A stretch of 55,907 nucleotides of DNA from an uncultured Planctomycetaceae bacterium (GTDB taxonomy: Bacteria; Planctomycetota; Planctomycetia; Pirellulales; Pirellulaceae), in NCBI GenBank assembly GCA_903863885.1, contig CAIPEB010000326.1:1-55907 (forward strand). The letters are read 5' to 3'. Shown here in pieces: positions 9,210 through 18,813 of this stretch; positions within the stretch are counted from its first letter, which is position 1, and the number at the start of each line of letters is the position of its first letter. The notes beneath the pieces are model-generated. The model searched no databases and was not told where the DNA came from. It saw only the letters and a list, made by a program, of their open reading frames with translations. The position numbers and the translations under genes are program-made.

Positions 9210-12200
9210 ATGAATCTCTGGGATCTCTGTATCCGGCGTCCGATCTTCACCGTGATGCTTGTTTCGGCGCCCATCGTGCTCGGCATTGTCGGCCGCAGCC
9301 GACTGGGCGTGGATCTGCTTCCGAACGTCGATCTGCCGATCGTTGTGGTGACCACGACGCTGAAAGGCGCGAGCGTCGAGGAGATGGAGACGAGCGTCAC
9401 CAAGCCGATCGAGCAGATCATCAACACGGTGTCGGGAATCGACGAACTGCGATCCACGACCAAGGAAGGTTATTCCCAGGTAGTGGTGCAGTTCTTCCTC
9501 GAGAAGGACCGCGATGTGGCGGCGCAGGAGGTGCGCGACAAGGTCTCGACGATTCTTTCGCAACTGCCCGTGGGAACCGAAACGCCGATCATCGACAAGG
9601 TGGATCTCAACGCCATGCCGGTAATGCAGATCGCCGTATCCGGCACCCGGCCCATGCAGGAAATCACCGAGCTCACGCGCAAGCGGATCAAGGAGGATCT
9701 GGAGAGTGTCTCCGGCGTCGGATCCGTCATCATCGTCGGCGGCCGGCAGCGCGCGATCAACATCTACATCGACACCGACAAGCTGACGAGCTGCAATCTG
9801 TCGATCGAGGACGTGCGGCAGGCGCTCGTCCGCCAGAACCTCGAACTCCCGGGCGGACGCGTGGACCAGGGCTCGCGCGAACTGGTGCTCCGCACGATGG
9901 GACGCGTGCCCGACGCTCAGGGCTTTCTCAATCTGATTGTCGCCAACCAGCAGGGATACCCGGTGCGGATACGCGATATCGGCCGGGTCGAGGATACGTT
10001 CGAGGAACCTCGCAGCCTGGCACGCCTGGATGGCCGCAATGCGGTGAGCCTGATCATCCAGAAACAGTCGGGAACGAACACGGTGGAGGTGGTGAAGAAG
10101 GTCCGCGAGCGTTTCAAGACACTCAAGGAACTGCTGCCGCCGGACATCGAGACATTTGTGGTCAAGGACCAGTCCGTGTTCGTCAAGAAGTCGATCGAGG
10201 AACTGAATTTTCACCTGGTCGTCGCTGCGATACTCGTGGCGATCACGATCCTGATCTTCATCCAGGACTGGCGGACTACGATTATCGCGAGCCTCGCGAT
10301 TCCGGCTTCGATCGTCACGACTTTTGCGTTCATGTACTGGATGGGCTACACGCTCAATAACATGACGATGCTCGGCCTGATCCTGGCGATCGGCATCGTG
10401 ATCGACGATGCGGTCGTGATCAACGAAAACATTTTCCGGCACATGGAGGAAGACGGAGTATCGGCCATGCAGGCGGCCTCCTCGGCGACCAAGGAAATCG
10501 CCCTGGCCGTCTCGGCGACAACGCTCTCGCTGCTGGTGATCTTCATCCCGATCGTCTTCATGGGCGGCCGTATCGGACGATTCTTCAGCAGTTTCGGCGC
10601 CACGGTCGCGTTCTCGATCCTGATCAGCTGGTTTGTCTCGTTCACCATGACACCCATGCTGTGCTCCAGGTTCCTGAAATTGAAAGAAGCCCGCGGTCAC
10701 AGCAAGGAAGGGCTCGTCTGGCGCGGGATCGACGGACTGTATGGCTTCATCCTCGGCTGGTCTCTGCGCCACCGCTGGGTGATCGTCCTGACGACCATCG
10801 GCATGTTCGTGTTGACCGTCTTCCTGTTTAGGGTCGTCGGCTTCGACTTCATTCCGCGGGACGATCAGAGCGAATTTGAGGTCGCAATGACGCTGCCCGA
10901 AGGGTACACGCTCACGCAGGCCGACAAGTTGTTCAAGGAGATCGAGGATCGGATCAGCAAGCTGAAAGGCGTGACAAACGTCTTCTCGACGATCGGAGAC
11001 ACGACGGGACGCATGTCGCGCGGCCAGGGCGACGTCACCTCCGGAACGATCTACGCCCGGTTGGTGGATCTCGAGACACGTACCCGCCAGTGGTACGACT
11101 GGAGGTTCTGGTCGCAGGCGATCCTGAACGAACCCGAAAAGGACCCGAAATACTTCTCGCAATTTGACGTGCAACGCGTCGCCCGCGAGATCATGAACGA
11201 ATATCCGGACCTCCGCACGGCCGTCCAGGATTCGGCCGTGGTATCGGGAGCCGGCTTCCGGCAGGCCATGGTGGACCTGAACCTCCGAGGGCCCGATCTC
11301 CACAAGCTTCAGGAATACGCGGACCGCATCGTTGCCTGGATGAAGCAGCATCCGGACTACGTGGATATCGACACGAGCCTGTCTTTGCGCAAGCCGGAAC
11401 TGCGAGTAAAGATCGACCGCGAGCGGGCTTCGGATCTCAATATTCCCATTCAGACCGTCGCCGCGATGCTCAACGTGCTCGTGGGCGGCGAACCAGTCAC
11501 GAAGTACAAGGAACTCGATGAACAGTACGACGTCTGGCTCCGCGCCGATGCCAAGTTCCGCAATCGACCGGAAGCCATCGGCCGGCTGATGATCCCTTCG
11601 CCTAAAGCAGGCCTGGTGCAGCTGTCCAGTCTGGCAACGCTGGAGCCGGCTCGCGGACCCGCCACGATCGACCGCTTCGGCATGATGCGCCAGGTGGTAA
11701 TCACCGCCAACCTGGAAAACAACAAAGCTCTTGGGAACGCGGTCAATGAACTCAGCGAACTGGTCGATTCCTTCAAGTTGCCGGCCGACTATCGCTACGA
11801 GTTTCTCGGTCGAGCCAAGGTGATGGGCGAATCAAACCAGAACTTCCTGATCGCGTTCCTCACCAGCTTCCTGTTCATGTACATGATCCTCGCGGCCCAG
11901 TTCGAGAGCTTCACGCACCCGATCACGATTCTGCTGGCGCTGCCGCTCACTCTGCCGTTCGCCCTGATCTCGCTCATCCTGCTGAAGACGAACCTCAACC
12001 TGTACGCAATGTTCGGGCTCTTCATGCTGTTCGGGATTGTCAAGAAGAACGGCATTCTGCAAGTGGACTTCACGAACGTGCTGTGCCGGCGCGGGATGCC
12101 CGTGAATCAGGCGATCCTCGAGGCAAATCATACGCGACTGCGGCCGATTCTGATGACGACCGTGATGCTGATCGCCGCCATGATTCCGATTGCGCTGGGC

Positions 12201-12431
12201 CGCGGCCCCGGTGCGGAGTCCCGCGCAAGTCTCGCGAAGGTCATTCTCGGCGGCCAGACGCTGTCGCTGCTGCTGACGCTGCTGGTGACCCCCGTCGCTT
12301 ACTCGCTTTGGGAAGATCTGGCCCGACATGGCCGGCGATTCGCCGCCCGGATCCGCCGTGCTCCGGCAAAGAAGGCCGTGATCGAGGAGCCTGATCCGGA
12401 AGCAGCGGAACAGCTTGAAGGCGTGACTTGA
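9210..12431 (+). CDS. RND multidrug/HAE1-family efflux permease (AcrB-like)
   Basis: 1074-aa protein with 12 TM helices and two large periplasmic loops; AcrB-type N-terminus MNLWDLCIRRPIFTVMLVSAPIVLGIVG; ATG at 9210 verified. Confidence 0.9.
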   Translation: MNLWDLCIRRPIFTVMLVSAPIVLGIVGRSRLGVDLLPNVDLPIVVVTTTLKGASVEEMETSVTKPIEQIINTVSGIDELRSTTKEGYSQVVVQFFLEKDRDVAAQEVRDKVSTILSQLPVGTETPIIDKVDLNAMPVMQIAVSGTRPMQEITELTRKRIKEDLESVSGVGSVIIVGGRQRAINIYIDTDKLTSCNLSIEDVRQALVRQNLELPGGRVDQGSRELVLRTMGRVPDAQGFLNLIVANQQGYPVRIRDIGRVEDTFEEPRSLARLDGRNAVSLIIQKQSGTNTVEVVKKVRERFKTLKELLPPDIETFVVKDQSVFVKKSIEELNFHLVVAAILVAITILIFIQDWRTTIIASLAIPASIVTTFAFMYWMGYTLNNMTMLGLILAIGIVIDDAVVINENIFRHMEEDGVSAMQAASSATKEIALAVSATTLSLLVIFIPIVFMGGRIGRFFSSFGATVAFSILISWFVSFTMTPMLCSRFLKLKEARGHSKEGLVWRGIDGLYGFILGWSLRHRWVIVLTTIGMFVLTVFLFRVVGFDFIPRDDQSEFEVAMTLPEGYTLTQADKLFKEIEDRISKLKGVTNVFSTIGDTTGRMSRGQGDVTSGTIYARLVDLETRTRQWYDWRFWSQAILNEPEKDPKYFSQFDVQRVAREIMNEYPDLRTAVQDSAVVSGAGFRQAMVDLNLRGPDLHKLQEYADRIVAWMKQHPDYVDIDTSLSLRKPELRVKIDRERASDLNIPIQTVAAMLNVLVGGEPVTKYKELDEQYDVWLRADAKFRNRPEAIGRLMIPSPKAGLVQLSSLATLEPARGPATIDRFGMMRQVVITANLENNKALGNAVNELSELVDSFKLPADYRYEFLGRAKVMGESNQNFLIAFLTSFLFMYMILAAQFESFTHPITILLALPLTLPFALISLILLKTNLNLYAMFGLFMLFGIVKKNGILQVDFTNVLCRRGMPVNQAILEANHTRLRPILMTTVMLIAAMIPIALGRGPGAESRASLAKVILGGQTLSLLLTLLVTPVAYSLWEDLARHGRRFAARIRRAPAKKAVIEEPDPEAAEQLEGVT

Positions 12432-12440
12432 TCCGTCGCG

Positions 12441-12593
12441 GATGCCGGATGCCGGATGCCAGATGCCGGTGGTAGATCGGAAGTCTGTGTTCCTCCAGAC
12501 TCCAGCCTCCAGCCTCCAGACTCCAGCCTCCAGACTCCAGACTCCAGCCTCCAGACTCCAGACTCCAGACTCCAGACTCCAGACTCCAGACTA
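12441..12593. repeat. composite tandem repeat: (GATGCCG)x4, 25-nt spacer, (CTCCAGACT/CTCCAGCCT)x about 12
   Basis: Direct reading: gatgccggatgccggatgccagatgccgg ... ggaagtctgtgttc ... ctccagactccagcctccag... lying between the convergent RND pump and outer-membrane-factor genes. Copy 1 of the family also seen at 34508-34574 and 37257-37350. Confidence 0.85.
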
Positions 12594-14159
12594 CGACGAG
12601 GCGGAATCGGGCGTCGGGACGGTTTCTGGTTCCTGGTCCGCTGTCGGTTGATCGGGGGAACCGCCTTCGATGGCCATGCCGTTCAGGGCCTGGAACTGCC
12701 AGCCGCCCCCGAGCGCTCGATACAGGGCAATCAACTTCTGAGCGACGTTGCCTTGAGTGGACACTCGCTGCTCCTGGACCACAAGGCGGAACTTCTGCGC
12801 ATCGAGCACGGTCTGGTAGCTCTCCGCTCCTTCGTTCCATCGCGTTCTCGCGACCTCTTCGGCCTTGGTTGCTGCTGCGTCCGCCTGGTCCAGCAGTCTC
12901 AATCGCTCTTGCAGTTCGACGTAGGCATTCAATGCCGTTTCCACTTCCTCGAGGCTGCGGAGCACCGTGCTCTCGTAGCGAAGCATGGCTTCCTGGAGTC
13001 GCGTGTCCTGTACCCGAATGTTGTTGCGAATGCGTCCGAACTGGATGATCTTCCAGCGGATTGAAGGGCCGGCAAGGCGATAGCTGATGCTGCCGCCCTC
13101 GAACAGATTCGCGGCGTCGACGGCCTCCCAGTTGAAGGTACCCAGCAGCGAAACATCGGGATACAGATCGGATACGGCCACGCCCACGCGGGCAGTCTGG
13201 GCGGCGATCTCGCGTTCCACGCGGCGCACGTCCGGCCGTTGCCGAATCAGGCTGACAGGCAGATTGAGCAGAACTTGCTCCGGGGCTTTCGGAATCGGAG
13301 CGGTTCCCAACTCGGGTTCGAGATCGTGCGGTATCTCCGCCCGCAGCACGCACAGGCGATGCATGACCCCGCGCAACTGGCTCCGCAGACCCGGAATTGT
13401 CGCCTGCGTATTTCGAAGGACGGAGGTCGCCTGCGACACTTCGAGGATCGTCGTATTGCCCGCGTCGAGTTTGTCCTTTATCAGCTTTTCGGTTTCCTCC
13501 TGGACGCGGGCATTGTCCATCGCGATCTTGATCTGTTCCTGGATGGTTCGCAGATCCATGTAATTCGAGGCCACTTCCGCAAACAGGCTCACGGCCACGG
13601 CGCGGTGGTCTTCGACCGCCACACCGATTTCCGCATCCGCGGCTTCCACCGAGCGACGCACCTTTCCAAACAGGTCCAGTTCCCAACTTGCATCGAACCC
13701 GTTCGAGAACAGGTCGAACGGAGCGAAACCGGGGAAACCCGGCAGAGATCCGCTGGTGAATCCAAACGGGTTACCGTTGGTGCTGATCTGATTGCGAGTG
13801 TATTCCGTCGCGGTCGAGATCGACGGAAACAGATTGCCGGCGACGACGCCCCGCGCATATCGGGCTTCCATGATCCTCGCACCCGTTACCCTCAGGTCGA
13901 GGTTCGAGTTGGCCGCATCGTAAACCAATTGGTCGAGTTTCGGGTCTTGGAATACGGTCCACCACGACGTGTCGATCAATTCGTTCTGAGGAGCCAGTTC
14001 TGCGTTCTGGGGCAGTTCCTGATTCCATACTTCGGGCATACTGACCACGGGGGGCGCAAAGTCGGGTCCCACCTTGCAACCGGGCGTCAGAGCAATGAAC
14101 GCACCGAGCAGGAATAGAGGTCCGAACGTGCTACCAACAAGTCTCTTGAGTAACGTCAT
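12591..14159 (-). CDS. efflux transporter outer membrane factor lipoprotein (NodT/TolC family)
   Basis: Lipoprotein signal MTLLKRLVGSTFGPLFLLGAFIALTPGC; two TolC-like repeats rich in coiled-coil; convergent to the RND operon. Confidence 0.8.
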   Translation of the reverse strand: MTLLKRLVGSTFGPLFLLGAFIALTPGCKVGPDFAPPVVSMPEVWNQELPQNAELAPQNELIDTSWWTVFQDPKLDQLVYDAANSNLDLRVTGARIMEARYARGVVAGNLFPSISTATEYTRNQISTNGNPFGFTSGSLPGFPGFAPFDLFSNGFDASWELDLFGKVRRSVEAADAEIGVAVEDHRAVAVSLFAEVASNYMDLRTIQEQIKIAMDNARVQEETEKLIKDKLDAGNTTILEVSQATSVLRNTQATIPGLRSQLRGVMHRLCVLRAEIPHDLEPELGTAPIPKAPEQVLLNLPVSLIRQRPDVRRVEREIAAQTARVGVAVSDLYPDVSLLGTFNWEAVDAANLFEGGSISYRLAGPSIRWKIIQFGRIRNNIRVQDTRLQEAMLRYESTVLRSLEEVETALNAYVELQERLRLLDQADAAATKAEEVARTRWNEGAESYQTVLDAQKFRLVVQEQRVSTQGNVAQKLIALYRALGGGWQFQALNGMAIEGGSPDQPTADQEPETVPTPDSASS

Positions 14160-14633
14160 GTTCGCCGTCTCACTGCAAACTTTTCCCAGACCACGCGTCT
14201 TACTGAAACTGGTCCGTCTCCTATCTCTGGTATTCGGATTTTCCGGATCGTGCGCTCAATACAAAGAATTTCGATTGTGCGGAGCGTAGCGATTTTCCGG
14301 TTTGGACGGCGTGAAACAAGCCGTGCTGCAACGGTTTACGACGACACGAAAGAGAAGCGTGCTGAGCCGAGCGAATTGGTGGAGGTGCACGGCCGTCGCT
14401 TTGGGGAAGTTAAGCAAGTCCGCTGATGACGCGGCGCAACGGGCCGCATGGGACGTGACAGCCGGCCGCACGTAAGGCACATCCGTCGGCGCGGCCGTTT
14501 TGATTTATCGGGCGTCCTGAACGACCGCGCGAGCAGACAGCTGATGGTCGTGCACTTGCCTGACTTCTCAACTTTCAGGCCACTTCAGCAACCCAGCACC
14601 CTGAGCCTTCGCGCCATTGGAGAGCTGGCGCGC

Positions 14634-14672
14634 AAAAAAATCGGTGACGGACCAAGTGATCTCGTCACCGAT
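14634..14672 (-). terminator. Rho-independent terminator (10-bp stem, 13-nt loop, T7 tail on minus strand)
   Basis: atcggtgacg/cgtcaccgat inverted repeat followed (on minus strand) by TTTTTTT, placed 30 nt after the stop of the 14704..15375 gene. Confidence 0.55.
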
Positions 14673-14703
14673 TGCATGAATCTGGAAATACCAGGGATTC
14701 GGC

Positions 14704-15375
14704 TTACTTCTTGCGGGCCGTCTTGACGAATTCCTGGAACTTGGCGGCCTGGGCCTCCATCGTCGCCTGGGGGCCATAGGCCTTGACGAAGATCGCCTGA
14801 TCTCCGGCCGGTATGATGGCGGCGATCATGCGGTAGTTCTTTCGCAGAACGCTAGGTCCCATCATCCCGCGCGAATCGTTGAAGTCACCTGAAAAGTCGA
14901 CGGTCGTGATTTCCAGTCCTTCGACCTGAATTTTTTTGGTGTCTTCCTTGGTGGGCTTTGGCGCGAACTGGGTACGCCATCGATCAACGTTCGCATCGAC
15001 GCTGCCGCCGGCAGAGCTCAGCGTGAGACGCCCATCCGCTTCGTCTCCCTGGGCTCGCGGCAAGACGTACTCAGCGGTCACGAAGCCCGAACTGGCTGCC
15101 TTGCGACCCCAGCCGGCGGGCGCGGTCAACTTGATCGCACCGACTTCGACCTCGCCGCCCTTGTCGTCCAGCACTTCGGGCTTGGCGGGCTCTTCGGCAG
15201 CTGCTCCGGCGTGCGCCTTGGCGGGGGTTTCAGCGGCCGCGTCCGCGAGCGTCTGCGGTTGGGTCGTAGTGGTTTCCTCAACGTCGGCGTCCGCTGTCGA
15301 ATCGGGTTCCGGAGCGTTCTGGCAGCCGGTCAACATGACCAGGGCAGCAAACGCAAAGGGGAAAAGGTACTTCAT
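14704..15375 (-). CDS. hypothetical lipoprotein with acidic low-complexity linker
   Basis: Signal peptide plus lipobox MKYLFPFAFAALVMLTGCQ; followed by a terminator; no recognisable domain. Confidence 0.6.
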   Translation of the reverse strand: MKYLFPFAFAALVMLTGCQNAPEPDSTADADVEETTTTQPQTLADAAAETPAKAHAGAAAEEPAKPEVLDDKGGEVEVGAIKLTAPAGWGRKAASSGFVTAEYVLPRAQGDEADGRLTLSSAGGSVDANVDRWRTQFAPKPTKEDTKKIQVEGLEITTVDFSGDFNDSRGMMGPSVLRKNYRMIAAIIPAGDQAIFVKAYGPQATMEAQAAKFQEFVKTARKK

Positions 15376-16100
15376 GCTTTGATCTCCTTCAGATCTTCTT
15401 CAATGGTCTGTTTTTTGTTTGTAATAGGTCTTAGCCCGATGTGGACCTGCACCGAGCGAGGGGGGCCGGATTCGGCCGTGGCAAGATGGATGTTCTGCAT
15501 ACTAACTGGAGGGCGAACGACTTGTCGAGGTGCCGTTCCGCCCACCCTTCGCTTTTCGCACCCTCCGAAGGTGTTCGTATGGTCAGATGCCGGATACCGG
15601 ATGGCCGAGTTGACATTCAGGGGCTTCGCATCGCAGGATGAGAACTCCGATGCCAATCGACGGAAGCTGGAGAGTGAGATGATTCGTGGCTTATCCGCGA
15701 AGACCCGTGGCCTTTTTCCCTCCGCGTGAACAAATGAGTCGATCCCCCTCTCCCTGTCGGCCGCTGCTCATTGCGATGTGTCTGTCCAGTTATCATGGCG
15801 GAGCGTGCGTGGCAAATGCAGACGGGTCAACGCAGTGGCTGGACGACGCAACGGCGGAAGAGACGGTGAGGGCACTGCTCGCTCAATAGGCTGCACGGGC
15901 CGCTTGGGACGCGTGTTATTGACAGATCCGACACTTGTGCAAACGCCGTTTGCCTGTGTCTAGCGTCTCTCCTCGAACTTGAAGACCATTCCTGCTTCTC
16001 GGTGAAGCCGATCGCGAGAAGGCTGGTTTTCCGCTTCCGCCCGTGCACATAAAATCAAATCGGTCAATTTCTATCGACGAACTGCACGAGGGCGGCTCGC

Positions 16101-18734
16101 ATGCACTGCAGCAAACAGGGAAAGCTGGCTTGGGTCGGTGTTTTGCTTTCCGCGTCGGTTTGGTTCGGGGCCGCCGCTCGCGTGAAGAGCGAGCAGGCGA
16201 CTCCGCCGAATCCCGACCAACTGGAGTTCTTCGAAAAGCACATCCGGCCTGTTCTTGCGGAACGGTGCTATCCCTGTCACTCGGCCAAAGCGGGGAAGAC
16301 AAAGGCCGGGCTGAGCCTTGATTCGGCTGCCGGCGTGTTGCGCGGGGGGGAATCGGGGCCGGTGATCGTTCCGGGCAAGCCGGGCGAGAGTGCGCTGATT
16401 TCGGCCATCCGCTACGAGTCGAATGAAATGCCGCCGGACGGGCGGCTTTCCAGCGAAATCGTCGCGGATTTCGTGCACTGGGTGGAAACCGGAGCGTTCG
16501 ATCCTCGCACCGAGGCCGCGGGCGCCGCGCCGTCCGAGCCTGCTCCGCAAAAGGACGGGCACTGGGCTTTCCGCAACCCCGTGATTGGCGAACTGCCGGC
16601 AGTTCAGAATGCATCATGGGTGTCGACCGATGTCGACCGCTTCATTCTGGCGAGGCTGGAGCAGGCCAATGTTGCGCCGTCTCCGCCCGCCTCGCCCCGC
16701 GCGCTGCTGAGACGATTGTATTACGACCTGACAGGCCTGCCGCCTCAAGCGGAAGAGGCCGATCGATTCGCGGCCGGGCAGGGTGCGGATTATGCCGCGG
16801 TCGTTGACAGTCTGCTTGCGTCACCCCGCTTCGGCGAACGCTGGGGGCGGCACTGGATGGACGTGGCCCGTTACGCGGATACGAAGGGCTACGTCTTTCA
16901 GGAGGATCGCAACTATCCGAAAGCCTACCTGTTCCGGGACTGGGTCATTCAGGCGTTCAACAACGACATGCCATACGACCAGTTCATTACGAATCAACTT
17001 GCAGCGGATCAGGTCGATCCTTCTCAAGCGGCAGCGATGGGCTTCCTGACGCTGGGACGGCGTTTCATCAACAACAAGAACGACATCATTGACGACCGGA
17101 TCGACGTGGTGACGCGGGGCTTGATGGGTGTCACGGTCACCTGTGCCCGCTGCCACGACCATAAATACGATCCCGTGACGATGGCGGATTACTACGGAAT
17201 GTACGGCGTGTTCGACAGTTCCCGCGAACCGGCTGAAGCTTCGGCGCCGTTGATGATGGTCGACGAGAGTCAGCCGCGTGAACCCGTGATCTTCCTGCGA
17301 GGCAATCCTTCGAATCGCGGCCCGCAGGTACCGCGCAAGTTCCTCGCCTGCCTTTGCTCGGGCGATCCGGTGCCGTACCGGCACGGAAGCGGCCGGCGCG
17401 AAATGGCTTCGATGATTGCCAGCACCGACAATCCGCTGACGGCCCGCGTCTGGGTGAATCGCGTATGGCTGCATCTTGTCGGCCGCGGACTGGTCACTAC
17501 CCCCAGCGACTTCGGCTCGCGCAGCGATCCGCCCTCGCATCCGGAACTGCTGGATTGGCTGGCCTGCCGCTTCATGCAGGAGCATTGGTCCACGAAATGG
17601 CTGGTGCGACAAATCGTAATGTCGCAGGCCTATCGCCAGGCATGCGACGATCGCGCGGATGGAGCAGCCGCTGATCCGGAGAACCGTCTGGTGTGGCGCA
17701 TGAACCGGCGCAGAATGGACCTCGAATCGATTCGCGACGGCTTATTGACGGCAGCGGGGCGACTCGACCTGACAATGGGCGGGCCGTCGGTGCCGTTGAC
17801 CGAACCGCCTTTCGCAACGCGGCGATCCGTGTACGGGTTTATCGAGCGTCAGAACCTGCCGAACTTCTTCCGCATATTTGATTTCGCCGGTCCCGACACG
17901 CACAATCCGGCGCGTCCTTACACCACGGTGCCGCAGCAGGCGCTCTTTCTGATGAACAGTCCGTTTGCCATTGAGCAGGCCTCGAATCTGGCTGCGCGCA
18001 GTGCCGCGGCGGGCGGCGGCAACACGACGGCTCGCATCAAGAGCTTGTATCGATTCGCGCTGGCCCGCGATGCGAGCGACGAGGAGACCGCGTTGTGTGC
18101 TCACTTCGTCGAGACCAGCGAACCGGCCGCAGCGGCGGCGGCAATTGCCGATCCGTGGCAGTACGGTTGGGGGCGCTTCGTCGCCGAACAAGGGATCACT
18201 CAGTTCAACCCGCTGCCGCATTTCACGGGAAGTGCCTGGCAGGGAGGCAAGGATCTCCCCGACCCGCAACTGGGCTGGGTGATGTTGAACGCTCCGGGCG
18301 GCCATCCGGGCAACGATCTCGACCATGCGGCGATTCGACGATTTGTCGTGCCGCAGTCCGGTCGCTTGGTGATCAGGGGCTCGCTCCATCACCCGGCTGA
18401 ACAGGGCGACGGCGTGGTCGCACGCGTGGTGCGTCAGAACGGCGGTATTGTCAAGGAATTCACGGCACACCATTCGACAACACCGACCGACTGCGAACCG
18501 TTGACGGTGGGAGCGGGAGAGTCCATCGATCTGCTCGTGGATTGCGGCGCCGGAGGAAATAACTCCGACGGATTCAGCTGGACGGTCACGATACGCTGGG
18601 AATCTGAAAAGGGAGACGCGCGGGAATGGTCCTCCGAGGGCGGGTTTCACGGTCCTCCTCCTCCTCCGCTGGACCGGTGGACGTGTCTGGCTCATGTGCT
18701 GCTGATGAGCAACGAGTTCCACTTTGTTGACTGA
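16101..18734 (+). CDS. PSCyt1/DUF1549/DUF1553 domain protein (Planctomycete cytochrome-c-domain family)
   Basis: PSCyt1-type CxxCH region (FFEKHIRPVLAERCYPCHS), DUF1549 and DUF1553 regions; classic upstream partner of DUF1501 genes in Planctomycetota. Confidence 0.85.
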   Translation: MHCSKQGKLAWVGVLLSASVWFGAAARVKSEQATPPNPDQLEFFEKHIRPVLAERCYPCHSAKAGKTKAGLSLDSAAGVLRGGESGPVIVPGKPGESALISAIRYESNEMPPDGRLSSEIVADFVHWVETGAFDPRTEAAGAAPSEPAPQKDGHWAFRNPVIGELPAVQNASWVSTDVDRFILARLEQANVAPSPPASPRALLRRLYYDLTGLPPQAEEADRFAAGQGADYAAVVDSLLASPRFGERWGRHWMDVARYADTKGYVFQEDRNYPKAYLFRDWVIQAFNNDMPYDQFITNQLAADQVDPSQAAAMGFLTLGRRFINNKNDIIDDRIDVVTRGLMGVTVTCARCHDHKYDPVTMADYYGMYGVFDSSREPAEASAPLMMVDESQPREPVIFLRGNPSNRGPQVPRKFLACLCSGDPVPYRHGSGRREMASMIASTDNPLTARVWVNRVWLHLVGRGLVTTPSDFGSRSDPPSHPELLDWLACRFMQEHWSTKWLVRQIVMSQAYRQACDDRADGAAADPENRLVWRMNRRRMDLESIRDGLLTAAGRLDLTMGGPSVPLTEPPFATRRSVYGFIERQNLPNFFRIFDFAGPDTHNPARPYTTVPQQALFLMNSPFAIEQASNLAARSAAAGGGNTTARIKSLYRFALARDASDEETALCAHFVETSEPAAAAAAIADPWQYGWGRFVAEQGITQFNPLPHFTGSAWQGGKDLPDPQLGWVMLNAPGGHPGNDLDHAAIRRFVVPQSGRLVIRGSLHHPAEQGDGVVARVVRQNGGIVKEFTAHHSTTPTDCEPLTVGAGESIDLLVDCGAGGNNSDGFSWTVTIRWESEKGDAREWSSEGGFHGPPPPPLDRWTCLAHVLLMSNEFHFVD

Positions 18735-18813
18735 TCATTGATTTATTGAGGCGACGATCGTACCGAAAGGCGAACCGCTTGGCGGTTCTCGCAGGAATAC
18801 GGCGGGAGGCAAC

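Noticed and set aside
9168-11351. 727-aa minus-strand ORF
   Set aside because: Antisense to the clearly conserved RND pump; composition-driven artefact.
12481-12600. Possible CRISPR array
   Set aside because: 9-bp units with no spacers are far too short; this is a simple tandem repeat, not repeat-spacer architecture, and no cas genes are present.
12241-14117. 481-aa minus-strand and 292-aa plus-strand ORFs overlapping the outer-membrane-factor gene
   Set aside because: They are alternative frames over the TolC-like gene and the tandem repeat. The repeat translates as WSLESG units only because 9-bp units preserve the frame.
15400-16100. Small ORFs (61-94 aa) in the 700-bp gap upstream of the PSCyt gene
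   Set aside because: No signal peptide, domain or RBS support, and they overlap one another in different frames; likely a promoter or leader region.
16821-18722. 263-aa and 326-aa minus-strand ORFs
   Set aside because: Antisense to the PSCyt/DUF1549/DUF1553 gene.
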